DNA from: Thermosulfurimonas sp.
Lineage (GTDB): Bacteria > Desulfobacterota > Thermodesulfobacteria > Thermodesulfobacteriales > Thermodesulfobacteriaceae
Reading direction: 5' to 3'
Length of the DNA stretch: 34,416 bases
Assembly (NCBI GenBank): GCA_015487645.1
Contig: WFPH01000204.1
Coordinates: 1 to 34,416, forward strand
Shown here: in pieces, positions 8,144 through 16,844 of the stretch
Position numbering within the stretch: the first letter of the stretch is position 1
How the letters are laid out: every line of letters starts with the position of its first letter
Translations under genes and position numbers: made by a program
Notes under the pieces: generated by a model
Database searches by the model: none
What the model saw: the letters and a program-made list of their open reading frames with translations, nothing else
What the model was told of the DNA's origin: nothing

Positions 8144-8852
8144 TCCGGAGATCCGTACTTTTAGCGATCTTTTACGGATACTCCGGAGCCGTCCGGAGTG
8201 GTTGGATGAGTTGCGTTCTGTACTTCTTACCGCGGACCTCTTGGAGCTCCCCCGTAAATTTGAGGAATTTATAAGACATCGGTATCCGGAATTAGAGAGG
8301 CGTATGGGAGCGCAGGAGGTCCGCCTGTCTCGTATAGAACGAGATGTAGACCAGCTTAAGAATGATGTAGATCAGCTAAAGAAAGACGTAGACCAACTCA
8401 AGAAGGATGTAGAGCAACTTAAGAAAGACGTAGAACAGCTAAAAAAAGATGTCGCCAGGCTTAAGGGCGACAATTTCGAGCGTAAGGTCAGGGAAAAGGC
8501 CCCCTCTTATTTCGGGCGGGTCCTTCTCCGCTGTCGGGTGATCTCGGCCGAGGATCTCGCCGATCTGGTGGACGAGGCCTTTGAAGAAGGACGAATTACG
8601 GAGGAGGAAAGACTGGAGGTTTTGCGCCTGGACGTTCTGGTGAAAGGTAAGCTTAAGGAGTCTAAAAAAGAAGCCTGTCTGGCCGCGGAGGTTTCGCTTA
8701 CGGTGGACGTGGAAGATGTGGAACGGGCAGCCAGAAGGGCCGAAGTCTTGAACCGTTTAATGGATTGCCCGGTGTTACCGGTAGTTATAGGTGAAAGGGT
8801 TGCCGAAAGGGCCTGTCAGAAGGCTGAAGATTTGAAAGTAATCGTAGTTTGA
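8133..8852 (+). CDS. Heptad-repeat coiled-coil protein with degenerate PD-(D/E)XK-like C-terminal domain
   Basis: (DVDQLKK)-type heptads followed by LKG..FE; C-terminal LDVLVKG...AAEVS...DVERAARRA. Confidence 0.75.
   Translation: MNDNPEIRTFSDLLRILRSRPEWLDELRSVLLTADLLELPRKFEEFIRHRYPELERRMGAQEVRLSRIERDVDQLKNDVDQLKKDVDQLKKDVEQLKKDVEQLKKDVARLKGDNFERKVREKAPSYFGRVLLRCRVISAEDLADLVDEAFEEGRITEEERLEVLRLDVLVKGKLKESKKEACLAAEVSLTVDVEDVERAARRAEVLNRLMDCPVLPVVIGERVAERACQKAEDLKVIVV
8343..8468 (+). repeat. Six 21-bp in-frame tandem repeats
   Basis: gatgtagaccagcttaagaat / gatgtagatcagctaaagaaa / gacgtagaccaactcaagaag / gatgtagagcaacttaagaaa / gacgtagaacagctaaaaaaa / gatgtcgccaggcttaagggc. Confidence 0.85.
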
Positions 8853-8873
8853 AGTTCTTAAAGGAGGCTTGCG

Positions 8874-10037
8874 GTGTTCGAGTTCTCTCACCGTCTCCAG
8901 AAACTTCCGCCCTATCTTTTCGTGGAATTAGATCGGCTCAAGGTTGAGGCCAAGGCCCGGGGTATGGATGTGATTGACCTCGGGGTGGGGGACCCGGATC
9001 TGCCCACCCCGCTCCATATCGTGGAGGCCGGCAAGCGCGCGCTCGAAAAACCCGAGAACCATCATTACCCTTCAAGTGTGGGGATGCTGGCCTTTCGGGA
9101 GGCGGCTGCGGAGTGGTTCAAACGCCGTTTCGGAGTAGAACTCGATCCCGCCACCGAGGTGGTAACCCTGATCGGTTCCAAGGAAGCCATCGCCCACTTT
9201 CCCCTGGCCTTCGTGAATCCCGGGGACGTAGTTCTGGTGCCCACCCCGGCCTATCCGGTCTATCACATCGGAACTCTATTTGCTGGGGGAGAGACCTACT
9301 ATCTTCCGCTTACCGCGGAAAACGACTTCAAGCCCGATCTTTCGGCTATTCCCGGAGAGATCCTTTCCCGGGCGAAGATCCTTTGGATCAACTATCCCAA
9401 CAACCCCACCACCGCGGTGGTCACCAAGGAGTGGTTCGCCGAGGTGGTGGCCTTTGCTAAAGAGCATAACCTCATTGTGGCCCACGATGCGGCTTACACC
9501 GAGCTTTACTTCGACGACTATGTACCCCCGAGCATCCTGGAGGTGTCCGGAGCCAAAGAGGTGGCTATCGAGTTTCACAGTCTTTCCAAGACCTACTGCA
9601 TGACCGGTTGGCGGATTGGTTTTGCGGTGGGCAACCCGGAGCTGGTCAAGGGGCTTACCACGGTCAAGAACAACGTGGACTCCGGATGTTTCCAGGCCGT
9701 ACAGGAGGCTGGCATAGCGGCTCTTACCGGCCCACAGGATTGTGTGGAGGAACACCGGCGCATCTTCGACGAACGCCGACGGGTGATGCTTGAGGGTCTC
9801 CAGAAACTGGGTTTTGAGGTGCACCCGCCCAAGGCCACTTTTTACCTTTGGGTCAAGGTGCCTGAGGGGTATTCTTCGGCGGATTTCTGTGCCCGTTTGA
9901 TCAAGGAAGCAGGCATCGTGGTCACTCCCGGAAACGGTTTCGGGGATCCTGGAGAAGGGTATTTCCGTATAGCTCTTACGGTGGGTAAAGAACGACTTGA
10001 GGAGGCCCTGGGACGCCTGGCGTCCTTAAACCTTTAA
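8874..10037 (+). CDS. dapL: LL-diaminopimelate aminotransferase (class I/II PLP aminotransferase)
   Basis: LPPYLF, DLGVGDPD.PTP, LIGSKE, NYPNNPT, HDAAY and EFHSLSKTY.MTGWRIG; SD AAGGAGG + GTG. Confidence 0.85.
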   Translation: MFEFSHRLQKLPPYLFVELDRLKVEAKARGMDVIDLGVGDPDLPTPLHIVEAGKRALEKPENHHYPSSVGMLAFREAAAEWFKRRFGVELDPATEVVTLIGSKEAIAHFPLAFVNPGDVVLVPTPAYPVYHIGTLFAGGETYYLPLTAENDFKPDLSAIPGEILSRAKILWINYPNNPTTAVVTKEWFAEVVAFAKEHNLIVAHDAAYTELYFDDYVPPSILEVSGAKEVAIEFHSLSKTYCMTGWRIGFAVGNPELVKGLTTVKNNVDSGCFQAVQEAGIAALTGPQDCVEEHRRIFDERRRVMLEGLQKLGFEVHPPKATFYLWVKVPEGYSSADFCARLIKEAGIVVTPGNGFGDPGEGYFRIALTVGKERLEEALGRLASLNL

Positions 10038-10549
10038 TTACGGCTTACCTCGGCCTGGGGTCCAACTTGGGAGACCGGGCCGAGAATTTGCGCTGCGCCC
10101 TCACCTCTCTTCTTGAAATCCCCGGAGTCTTCCTCCGGGAGGTCTCAGCAGTATATCTCACCGAGCCGGTAGGCTTTTCTTCCGAAAACTGGTTTTACAA
10201 CCTGGTAGTGGCCGTGGAAACGGCCCTTTCGCCTTGGGAGCTGGTAGCCCGGGGACTTGAGATCGAGCTTGGTCTCGGACGGGTACGGGAGGGCGGCCTA
10301 TCCGACCGGGTGGTGGACATTGATCTCCTTCTTTATGGGGAGTCGGTGCTCCAGGGCCGCTGGGTCCAGGTGCCGCATCCCAGACTCCACGAGAGGGCTT
10401 TCGTGCTGGCTCCGCTTTGCGAGCTTGCTCCGGATCTCAGACATCCGACCCTTGGCCGGACGATGTGCGAGCTCCTGCGCGAGCTCTCCCCCGGGCCAGA
10501 AGTGCGCCGCCTGGGAAGACTTTCTCTCCCGATTGCCGGCTTCGAGTAG
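10037..10549 (+). CDS. folK: 2-amino-4-hydroxy-6-hydroxymethyldihydropteridine diphosphokinase (probable ATT start)
   Basis: TAYLGLGSNLGDR, R..DIDLL and PHPRLHERAFVL.PL. The conserved N-terminal strand lies upstream of the first canonical start (TTG 10067), so the start is placed at ATT 10037. Confidence 0.88.
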   Translation: MTAYLGLGSNLGDRAENLRCALTSLLEIPGVFLREVSAVYLTEPVGFSSENWFYNLVVAVETALSPWELVARGLEIELGLGRVREGGLSDRVVDIDLLLYGESVLQGRWVQVPHPRLHERAFVLAPLCELAPDLRHPTLGRTMCELLRELSPGPEVRRLGRLSLPIAGFE

Positions 10550-10571
10550 CACCGGTAAATTGTTTGGGGAG

Positions 10572-10847
10572 ATGATCCGGTTAATTCTGCTTTTGATATT
10601 GATTTTTTTGGTCCTCTGGGCGGCCAAAGGGTTGCTACAGGATCTCAAGAGCCTTTTGGGAGGCCGTAAGGAGGAGGAGGAGGAGGAAAGGATTACTCCC
10701 CTTTCCGACGAGCTGGTCAAGGACCCGGTATGCGGGGTTTACTGCCCCAAAGGCTCGTCCTATAAATTGAAATATAAAGACCGGGTTTTTTATTTCTGTA
10801 GCCCCCAATGCCGAGAAAAGTTCTTAAAAGAACAAGTTTCATCCTGA
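10572..10847 (+). CDS. Small membrane-anchored YHS/TRASH-domain protein
   Basis: ATG 10572 after GGGGAG; N-terminal TM helix; LVKDPVCG...YFCSPQC.EKF metal-binding motif. Confidence 0.8.
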   Translation: MIRLILLLILIFLVLWAAKGLLQDLKSLLGGRKEEEEEERITPLSDELVKDPVCGVYCPKGSSYKLKYKDRVFYFCSPQCREKFLKEQVSS

Positions 10848-11383
10848 TTCTTTTTGCCCTCGCTTTTCCGGTCCGGGCAGACATCTATCGATATGTGGAC
10901 GAAAATGGACGGGTTTATTTTACCAACGTTCCTCTGGGGCCGGGCTGGAAGATTTATCTGCGTACACCGAAAAGAAAAAAACTTCACCGGAGAGGATGGG
11001 ATAGTCTTTTTGAAGAGGTGGCCCGGGCCGAGGGGCTGGATCCGGCGCTTCTCAAAGCCGTGGCCAGGGTGGAGTCTGGGTTCAACCCCCGGGCGGTTTC
11101 CCCTAAAGGGGCCTTGGGCATGATGCAACTTATGCCGGAGACCGCCAGGATGGTGGGGGTGAGAGATCCCTTTGATCCTCGGGAAAATCTTTACGGGGCA
11201 GCCCGTTTTCTGAAAAGACTCCTTATGGAGTTCGGCGATCTTAGTCTGGCTTTGGCCGCTTATCACGCGGGCCCAGAGGTCGTGAGACGTTTCCGAGGGC
11301 TTCCCCCTTATCCCGAAACCCGGCGTTATGTGAAGCTGGTCTTGCGGTATTACCGCCTGTATCGTTATCGTTCGGGGCTCTGA
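10808..11383 (+). CDS. Lytic transglycosylase (SLT domain) with N-terminal DUF4124-like segment
   Basis: Signal peptide, ADIYRYVDENG.VYFTN, ESGFNP.AVSPKGA.G.MQLMP and ALAAYHAG. Confidence 0.9.
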   Translation: MPRKVLKRTSFILILFALAFPVRADIYRYVDENGRVYFTNVPLGPGWKIYLRTPKRKKLHRRGWDSLFEEVARAEGLDPALLKAVARVESGFNPRAVSPKGALGMMQLMPETARMVGVRDPFDPRENLYGAARFLKRLLMEFGDLSLALAAYHAGPEVVRRFRGLPPYPETRRYVKLVLRYYRLYRYRSGL

Positions 11384-11462
11384 GGTCGATTTCTGCGGTC
11401 GCCGGATCGATTTTTCTATGTTATGGTGGGAGAGTCATTCTTAGGCGAGAAGGAGGTTAAGT

Positions 11463-13301
11463 ATGCCCAGGTGGAATCCGGACAAGAGGCTCCTTGAACA
11501 TGTGCACACCAGGTTCTGGCAGCCGGAACTCAAGGACGTTTCCGAGCCCAATCTCATGAAGGAAATCTTCCCCTATACGGATGTACCCTATATCGAGTTC
11601 GATCACCGTTATGTGCCTCCAACCCCGGCCCGGGATATCTGGATCACCGATACCACCTTCCGCGATGGCCAGCAAGCCCGTCCTCCCTATACCGTTCAGC
11701 AGATCGTAGATCTTTACAAGCTCATGCATCGGCTGGGGGGGCCAAACGGGGTCATTCGCCAGAGCGAGTTTTTCCTTTACACCCAAAAAGACCGGGAGGC
11801 CGTGGAGAAGTGTCTCGAACTCGGTTACCGTTATCCAGAGGTCACGGGCTGGATCCGGGCCAAGGCCGAGGATCTCAAGCTGGTTAAAGAAATGGGTCTC
11901 AAGGAAACCGGGATCCTCACCTCTTGCTCGGATTACCACATCTTTCTCAAGCTTAAGAAGACCCGCCGCGAGGCCCTGGAAGGATACCTGGCCATCGTCA
12001 AGGAGGCGCTTTCGCTGGGGATCGTGCCCCGGTGCCATTTCGAGGATGTGACCCGGGCCGACATCTACGGTTTCGTGGTTCCCTTTGCCGTGGAACTTAT
12101 GAAGCTCAGGGAGGAGTCCGGCATTGATGTCAAGATCCGGCTCTGCGACACCCTGGGGCTTGGGGTTCCTTTCCCGGAAGCGGCCCTTCCCCGGAGCGTG
12201 CCCAAACTGGTGCGGGTCCTCATCGAGGAGGCCGGAGTGCCGGGCGAGCTTCTGGAATGGCACGGCCACAACGACTTCTATAAGGTGGTCATCAACGCTA
12301 CGGCAGCCTGGCTTTACGGGTGCGCGGCCGTGAACTGTGCCCTTCTGGGATTCGGGGAACGCACGGGTAACACCCCCCTTGAGGCCATGATCTTCGAGTA
12401 CATTGCGCTGCGCGGCACCCACAACGGAGTGGACACCACAGTCATCACGGATATCGCGGATTATTACCGGGAGGTTCTGGGAGAAAAGATCCCGGCCAAT
12501 CAACCCTTCGTGGGCTCGGAATTCAATGCCACCCGGGCCGGGATTCACATCGACGGTCTCCTCAAGAACGAGGAGATCTACAACCCCTTCGACACCAAGA
12601 AGCTGCTCAAACGGCCCATTGGGATCATCATCACCGACAAGAGCGGCACTGCCGGTATCGCCTACTGGATAAACACTCACTTCCACCTCAAGGGCGATCA
12701 GCAAATCGACAAGCGTCACCCCGGCGTGGCCAAGATTTACAAGCATATCATCAAGCAGTACGAGGCCGGGAGGATCACCTCCATCTCGAACGAGGAAATG
12801 ATGCAGCTCGTGCGGAAGTACATCCCCGAGCTCTTTGTTTCGGATCTCGACCGCATGAAGGCCCGTGCCGAAAAGCTCCTTACCAGTCTAGCCGAAGAGC
12901 TGGCCGAAAGGCCCGAGATCCGCTCCATGGATCCGGAGAAGATCGTGCCGGTCCTGCGGGAGTTTCTGGAGGAGCACCCCTACATCCAGTTCATCTATGT
13001 GGTTAACAGCGAAGGCCGGCGTATAACTCCCCTCATCACGCACGTGGAAGACCGGGGGCGCTATGAACATCTCCTCAAGGATGAGGATTACTCCGACCGT
13101 CCGTGGTTCCTAGAGCCCTTCAAGACTGGCCGGGTCTACGTCTCGGATTTCTACTCTTCCAAGGTTACAGGGGCGCTCTGCCTTACGGTTTCGGCCCCGA
13201 TTCGGGACCGTTACGAGGAGATTGTAGGCATACTCGGTATGGACATTCGCTTTAAAGAGCTTCTCAAGATGGAGGAGGAGGACGAAGAAGAGAATCCTTG
13301 A
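11463..13301 (+). CDS. DRE-TIM (HMGL-like) metalloenzyme, Re-citrate-synthase-like, with C-terminal Cache-like domain
   Basis: ITDTTFRDGQQ, HFEDVTRAD, CDTLG, EWHGHND and GERTGN; C-terminal DYSDRPWF...YVSDFYSS...LTVSAPI...GILGMDI. Confidence 0.75.
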   Translation: MPRWNPDKRLLEHVHTRFWQPELKDVSEPNLMKEIFPYTDVPYIEFDHRYVPPTPARDIWITDTTFRDGQQARPPYTVQQIVDLYKLMHRLGGPNGVIRQSEFFLYTQKDREAVEKCLELGYRYPEVTGWIRAKAEDLKLVKEMGLKETGILTSCSDYHIFLKLKKTRREALEGYLAIVKEALSLGIVPRCHFEDVTRADIYGFVVPFAVELMKLREESGIDVKIRLCDTLGLGVPFPEAALPRSVPKLVRVLIEEAGVPGELLEWHGHNDFYKVVINATAAWLYGCAAVNCALLGFGERTGNTPLEAMIFEYIALRGTHNGVDTTVITDIADYYREVLGEKIPANQPFVGSEFNATRAGIHIDGLLKNEEIYNPFDTKKLLKRPIGIIITDKSGTAGIAYWINTHFHLKGDQQIDKRHPGVAKIYKHIIKQYEAGRITSISNEEMMQLVRKYIPELFVSDLDRMKARAEKLLTSLAEELAERPEIRSMDPEKIVPVLREFLEEHPYIQFIYVVNSEGRRITPLITHVEDRGRYEHLLKDEDYSDRPWFLEPFKTGRVYVSDFYSSKVTGALCLTVSAPIRDRYEEIVGILGMDIRFKELLKMEEEDEEENP

Positions 13302-13302
13302 C

Positions 13303-14229
13303 CTGGTCGCGGGAAAGCGCCACCGTCTGCCCGAAGGACGCTTCACCAATCCGTGGCTGGAGGGTGAAGGCCCGGCCCTCATTGAGATCCTCAAGTGGAA
13401 GGTCACCCGGTTCCTAGAGAACCGGGTGACGAAGACCTTTCCCATCCGGGTCGAACACCCCGAGCCCGAGGCCCTGAGTGAGGGGGACCTCCTTTGTTTT
13501 CTGGGGCACAACACGGTATTCCTGCGCCTAGCGGGCAAGATTCTCCTTTTTGACCCCATTTTAGGAGCCATCGGAGGGGTGGTGCGCCGTCGGACCCCGC
13601 CTCCCTTATCCCCGGAGAAGCTTCCCCGGGCGGACCTGATCCTGATCTCCCACGCTCATCTGGATCACCTGGATCGCTTGACCCTCAAAAAGCTGGCCGG
13701 GGGCTTTATCCTGGTGGCCGGCTCAGGCACCAGGAAGTACCTCGAGGGCGAGGCCTTGGTAGAACTCGATTGGCTGGAAGAGGTCTCCTTGGCGGGCCTA
13801 AGGGTCCTGGCCCTGCCTTTACAGCATTGGGCCCAGCGGGGACTTTTCGACTATAACCGTAGTCTCTGGGTGGGCTATCTGGTGGAAATAGGGGGGCTCC
13901 GACTCTTTTACGGAGGGGATACGGGGTATTTCGAGGGCTTCCGGGAAATAGGAGCGGAGTTCGGCCCGTTTGATCTGGCCCTTTTGCCCTGTGGAGCTTA
14001 CGAGCCACGGAGTCTCATGGCCCCTTTCCATATGAGTCCGGAGGAGGCCGTACAGGCGGCTCTGGATCTGAGAGCGAAGCTGGCCGTACCCATTCACTGG
14101 GGAGCCTATCTCCTGGGGGATGAGCCTCCGGAAGAGCCGCCCCAACGTTTCGCCGAGGAAGCCAGGAGGAGGGGCCTTAAAGTCCGGGTGCTCTATCCCG
14201 GGGAGATCTTCAGGCTCGATCGTTTTTGA
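13303..14229 (+). CDS. Metallo-beta-lactamase-fold hydrolase (NAPE-PLD/RomA-like); start uncertain
   Basis: ISHAHLDHLD, GGDTGY, HM.PEEA and PIHWG. An in-frame HRLPEGRFTNPW lies upstream of the first canonical start (GTG 13426), so the start is tentatively CTG 13303. Confidence 0.78.
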   Translation: MVAGKRHRLPEGRFTNPWLEGEGPALIEILKWKVTRFLENRVTKTFPIRVEHPEPEALSEGDLLCFLGHNTVFLRLAGKILLFDPILGAIGGVVRRRTPPPLSPEKLPRADLILISHAHLDHLDRLTLKKLAGGFILVAGSGTRKYLEGEALVELDWLEEVSLAGLRVLALPLQHWAQRGLFDYNRSLWVGYLVEIGGLRLFYGGDTGYFEGFREIGAEFGPFDLALLPCGAYEPRSLMAPFHMSPEEAVQAALDLRAKLAVPIHWGAYLLGDEPPEEPPQRFAEEARRRGLKVRVLYPGEIFRLDRF

Positions 14230-15688
14230 TGAAGAACTTGTATTCCCATAGCGGTAGCTCCCTGTCCGGGGAGACGGTCAGCTCAAAGCCATAACGGCTT
14301 TCGATTTCTCCCAGGTAATCCATCTCCTCGGCCAGGAATTCGGCCATTTCTGGGTGGAGTCGGATCTCGACTACCTTGCCCCGAATGTGAGGCCCCATGC
14401 GTTCTAGCCGACGGAAGATTTCGTAACCGATGGTCCGGCGGCTTTTGAGTCGCCCTTCGCCTCCACAGTGGGGGCACTTTTCGAGGAAGACCTCGTAAAG
14501 GGATTCCCGCCGCCGCTCACGGGTCATTTCCAGGAGGCCGAAGTCGGAAATGGGTTTGACGGCCGTCTTGGCCCGGTCGCGTTTGAGGGCCTCCTTGAGC
14601 GTCTGGTAAACCTCCTCCCGGTGCCCCGGGTCCTCCATGTCGATGAAGTCGATTACGATGAGGCCCCCGATGTTGCGCAACCGGAGCTGGTAGGCGATCT
14701 CGCGGGCGGCTTCGAGATTTGTCTTGAAGACGGTCTCCTCCAGGTCCTTTTTACCCACAAAGCGCCCGGTGTTAACATCAATGGCCGTGAAGGCCTCACA
14801 GGGTTCGATCACGATGAAACCTCCGGACTTCAGCCAGACCCGCGGAGAGAGGAGACGTTTGGGGTCCACCTCGAGGCCATAAGTCTCAAAGAGGTCACGG
14901 GGTCCCTCGTGGAGTTTTACGCAGCCTTTGAGATGCGGAGCCGCTCGGGAGAGAAATTCTAGGATCTTCTGGTATTCTTCCCGATTGTCGATGACCACCG
15001 AGGAGACCTCCCGGGTAAGGAGATCCCTTACGGCCCGCAGACTGGCCTCGAGTTCTTCGTAGACCAGGGCCGGGGCCTTCGCCCTTTCGGCCCGGCTGGA
15101 GATCTCTTCCCAGAGAGAGAGCAGGAACTCCATCTCCGGCCGGATCTCCTCCGCCGAAGCCCCTTCAGCCGCTGTCCGCACGATCCAGCCCGTGCCCTCG
15201 GGACGACACTCCTCAACAATTTTCCGCAAGCGTTCCCGCTCGGCTTCATCCTTAATTTTCCGGGAGATGCCGATATGACTCATGTAAGGCAGGTAGACCA
15301 GATAGTGTCCTGGCAGGGTAATATTGGTGGAGAGCCTGGCCCCTTTGGAGCCCACGGGCTCTTTGATGACCTGAACCAGGATCTCCTGCCCCTCCCGGAG
15401 AACTTCACAGAGGGCCTTCTCCGAAACGAAGACCGACTCTCCCAGAAGCTCCTCTCCCTCGAGAATGGGCAGGAAATCTCCTCCGTAAAGGAAGGCCGTG
15501 CGGGAAAGCCCCACGTCCACGAAGGCGGCCTTCATGCCCGGGAGTACCCGGACCACGCGCCCCTTGTAAATGTTGCCCACTACGCCTTTTTCCTTGGGGC
15601 GCTCCACATAGAATTCGACCAGCTGGCTTTCCTCGATCAGGGCGACCCTGGTCTCGTAAGGGGCGTAGTTGATGAGAAGCTCAGCCAA
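14210..15688 (-). CDS. rng: Ribonuclease G (Rne/Rng family)
   Basis: GNIYKGRV..VLPGM.AAFVD, IDVNTG, RLRNIGG.IVIDFIDM and CPHC.GEG. Confidence 0.93.
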   Translation of the reverse strand: MAELLINYAPYETRVALIEESQLVEFYVERPKEKGVVGNIYKGRVVRVLPGMKAAFVDVGLSRTAFLYGGDFLPILEGEELLGESVFVSEKALCEVLREGQEILVQVIKEPVGSKGARLSTNITLPGHYLVYLPYMSHIGISRKIKDEAERERLRKIVEECRPEGTGWIVRTAAEGASAEEIRPEMEFLLSLWEEISSRAERAKAPALVYEELEASLRAVRDLLTREVSSVVIDNREEYQKILEFLSRAAPHLKGCVKLHEGPRDLFETYGLEVDPKRLLSPRVWLKSGGFIVIEPCEAFTAIDVNTGRFVGKKDLEETVFKTNLEAAREIAYQLRLRNIGGLIVIDFIDMEDPGHREEVYQTLKEALKRDRAKTAVKPISDFGLLEMTRERRRESLYEVFLEKCPHCGGEGRLKSRRTIGYEIFRRLERMGPHIRGKVVEIRLHPEMAEFLAEEMDYLGEIESRYGFELTVSPDRELPLWEYKFFIKNDRA

Positions 15689-15798
15689 TTACTCCTCTAC
15701 CTTCCTCCAGTTTCTCATAAAGCCAAAAATGGTAAAGCCAATGGCTGTAATAGCCAGGATAAAAAAACTATCAAAAGCGGATCACGAAGTTGATCCAA
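15689..15798 (-). pseudogene. Small membrane protein gene, apparently frameshifted in a T7 run
   Basis: GGAGG-aaaaa-TTG start at 15798. Adding one base to the A7 run (15761-15767) gives MDQLRDPLLIVFFILAITAIGFTIFGFMRNWRKVEE*, whose TAA abuts the rng TTG. Confidence 0.5.
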
Positions 15799-15825
15799 TT
15801 TTTCCTCCGGCCAAATGATTATAAC

Positions 15826-16018
15826 GAGACCTTGGCATAATTCGATTCCCCTCCCTTTGGGAGGGGCTAGGGGAGGGTTTTTGCCCCCACCCAGCCCCCA
15901 GAGGGGGAGGAGCCTGAGTCCCCTCCCTCTGGGAGGGGTTAGGGAAGGGAGAAAACAACAAATTTTAATTCCCTCCCTGCTTCCTCGAGAGGGGGAGAGG
16001 AAATTTTGCAAAGATCTC
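15826..16018. mobile_element. MITE-like repeat, copy 4 (two internal units)
   Basis: Ends gagaccttggcataa / ttttgcaaagatctc; two CCCCTCCCTYTGGGAGGGG...GAGGGGGAG units in tandem. Confidence 0.8.
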
Positions 16019-16019
16019 T

Positions 16020-16844
16020 TCATAATTTTTCTATAAACCGCTCAATGAGGCGCGTCAAACGAGCTTCGGCGGCCTGGGCCTGGGCGATGACCTCTTCCAG
16101 CAAGATGGGCTGAAAGTTGTCCGGATCGTTCACGTTGGCGATCACCGAGACCCCCAGGACTTCCATTCCCGCGTGTACGGCCACGATGACCTCCGGCACG
16201 GTGGACATACCTACGGCATCGGCTCCGATGAGGCGCAGGAAGCGGGTTTCAGCCGGGGTCTCAAGACTCGGACCGGGGACGGCCACGTAAACGCCTTCCC
16301 GGATCTCTTCTTCGAGCTCGCGTGCGGCTTCCAGGAAGAGCTTGCGAAGGCGGGCGCTATAAGCCTGGGAAAGGTCCGGGAAACGCGGCCCCCAGTCCTC
16401 CCGGTTGGGACCACGTAGGGGATTGTCCGGGATGAGATTGATGTGATCCCGAATGAGCATGAGGTCTCCGGGGCGGAACTCCAGGTTTAGGCCTCCGGCA
16501 GCGTTCGAGACGATAAGGATCCTGGCCCCGAGAAGGCTCATGACCCGAAGAGGCAGAGTGATCTCCCTAGTAGAATAGCCTTCGTAATAGTGAAAACGTC
16601 CCCGAAAGGCCGCCACCCTTTGACCCGAAAGCTCTCCCACCAGTAGTTCTCCGGCGTGGCTCTCGACTGTGGAGATCGGAAAATGGGGAATCTCCCGGTA
16701 GGGAATCACGACTTCGGCTTTTATCCGTTCGCCGAGACCCGAAAGCCCTGTTCCCAGGACGATGAGGATCTCTGGTACGAAGGGGAGAGCCTCCTCCAGA
16801 AACTGGCGGGCCTCTTCCACTTTTTCGAAGTAGTTTTCAGCCAT
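16020..16844 (-). CDS. punA: Purine-nucleoside phosphorylase (trimeric family)
   Basis: VLGTGL, STVESHAG, GRFHYYEGY, NAAGG, GPSLETPAE and DAVGMSTVPE. Confidence 0.93.
   Translation of the reverse strand: MAENYFEKVEEARQFLEEALPFVPEILIVLGTGLSGLGERIKAEVVIPYREIPHFPISTVESHAGELLVGELSGQRVAAFRGRFHYYEGYSTREITLPLRVMSLLGARILIVSNAAGGLNLEFRPGDLMLIRDHINLIPDNPLRGPNREDWGPRFPDLSQAYSARLRKLFLEAARELEEEIREGVYVAVPGPSLETPAETRFLRLIGADAVGMSTVPEVIVAVHAGMEVLGVSVIANVNDPDNFQPILLEEVIAQAQAAEARLTRLIERFIEKL

Noticed and set aside
8343-8468. Possible CRISPR array (also considered for the dispersed palindromic repeats)
   Set aside because: In-frame coding repeats with no spacers; the dispersed repeats are not regularly spaced and no cas genes are present.
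10257-10571. Long 5' extension of the YHS ORF overlapping folK
   Set aside because: Overlaps folK out of frame; the TM + YHS protein starts sensibly at ATG 10572.
11457-12746. 429-aa antisense ORF over the DRE-TIM enzyme
   Set aside because: Same antisense shadow effect in GC-rich coding DNA.
15815-16036. ORFs 15815..16036 (+) and 15715..16023 (-) rich in Pro/Gly/Leu
   Set aside because: Translations of the MITE-like repeat. Only the last 27 codons of the minus ORF belong to the small-gene candidate.
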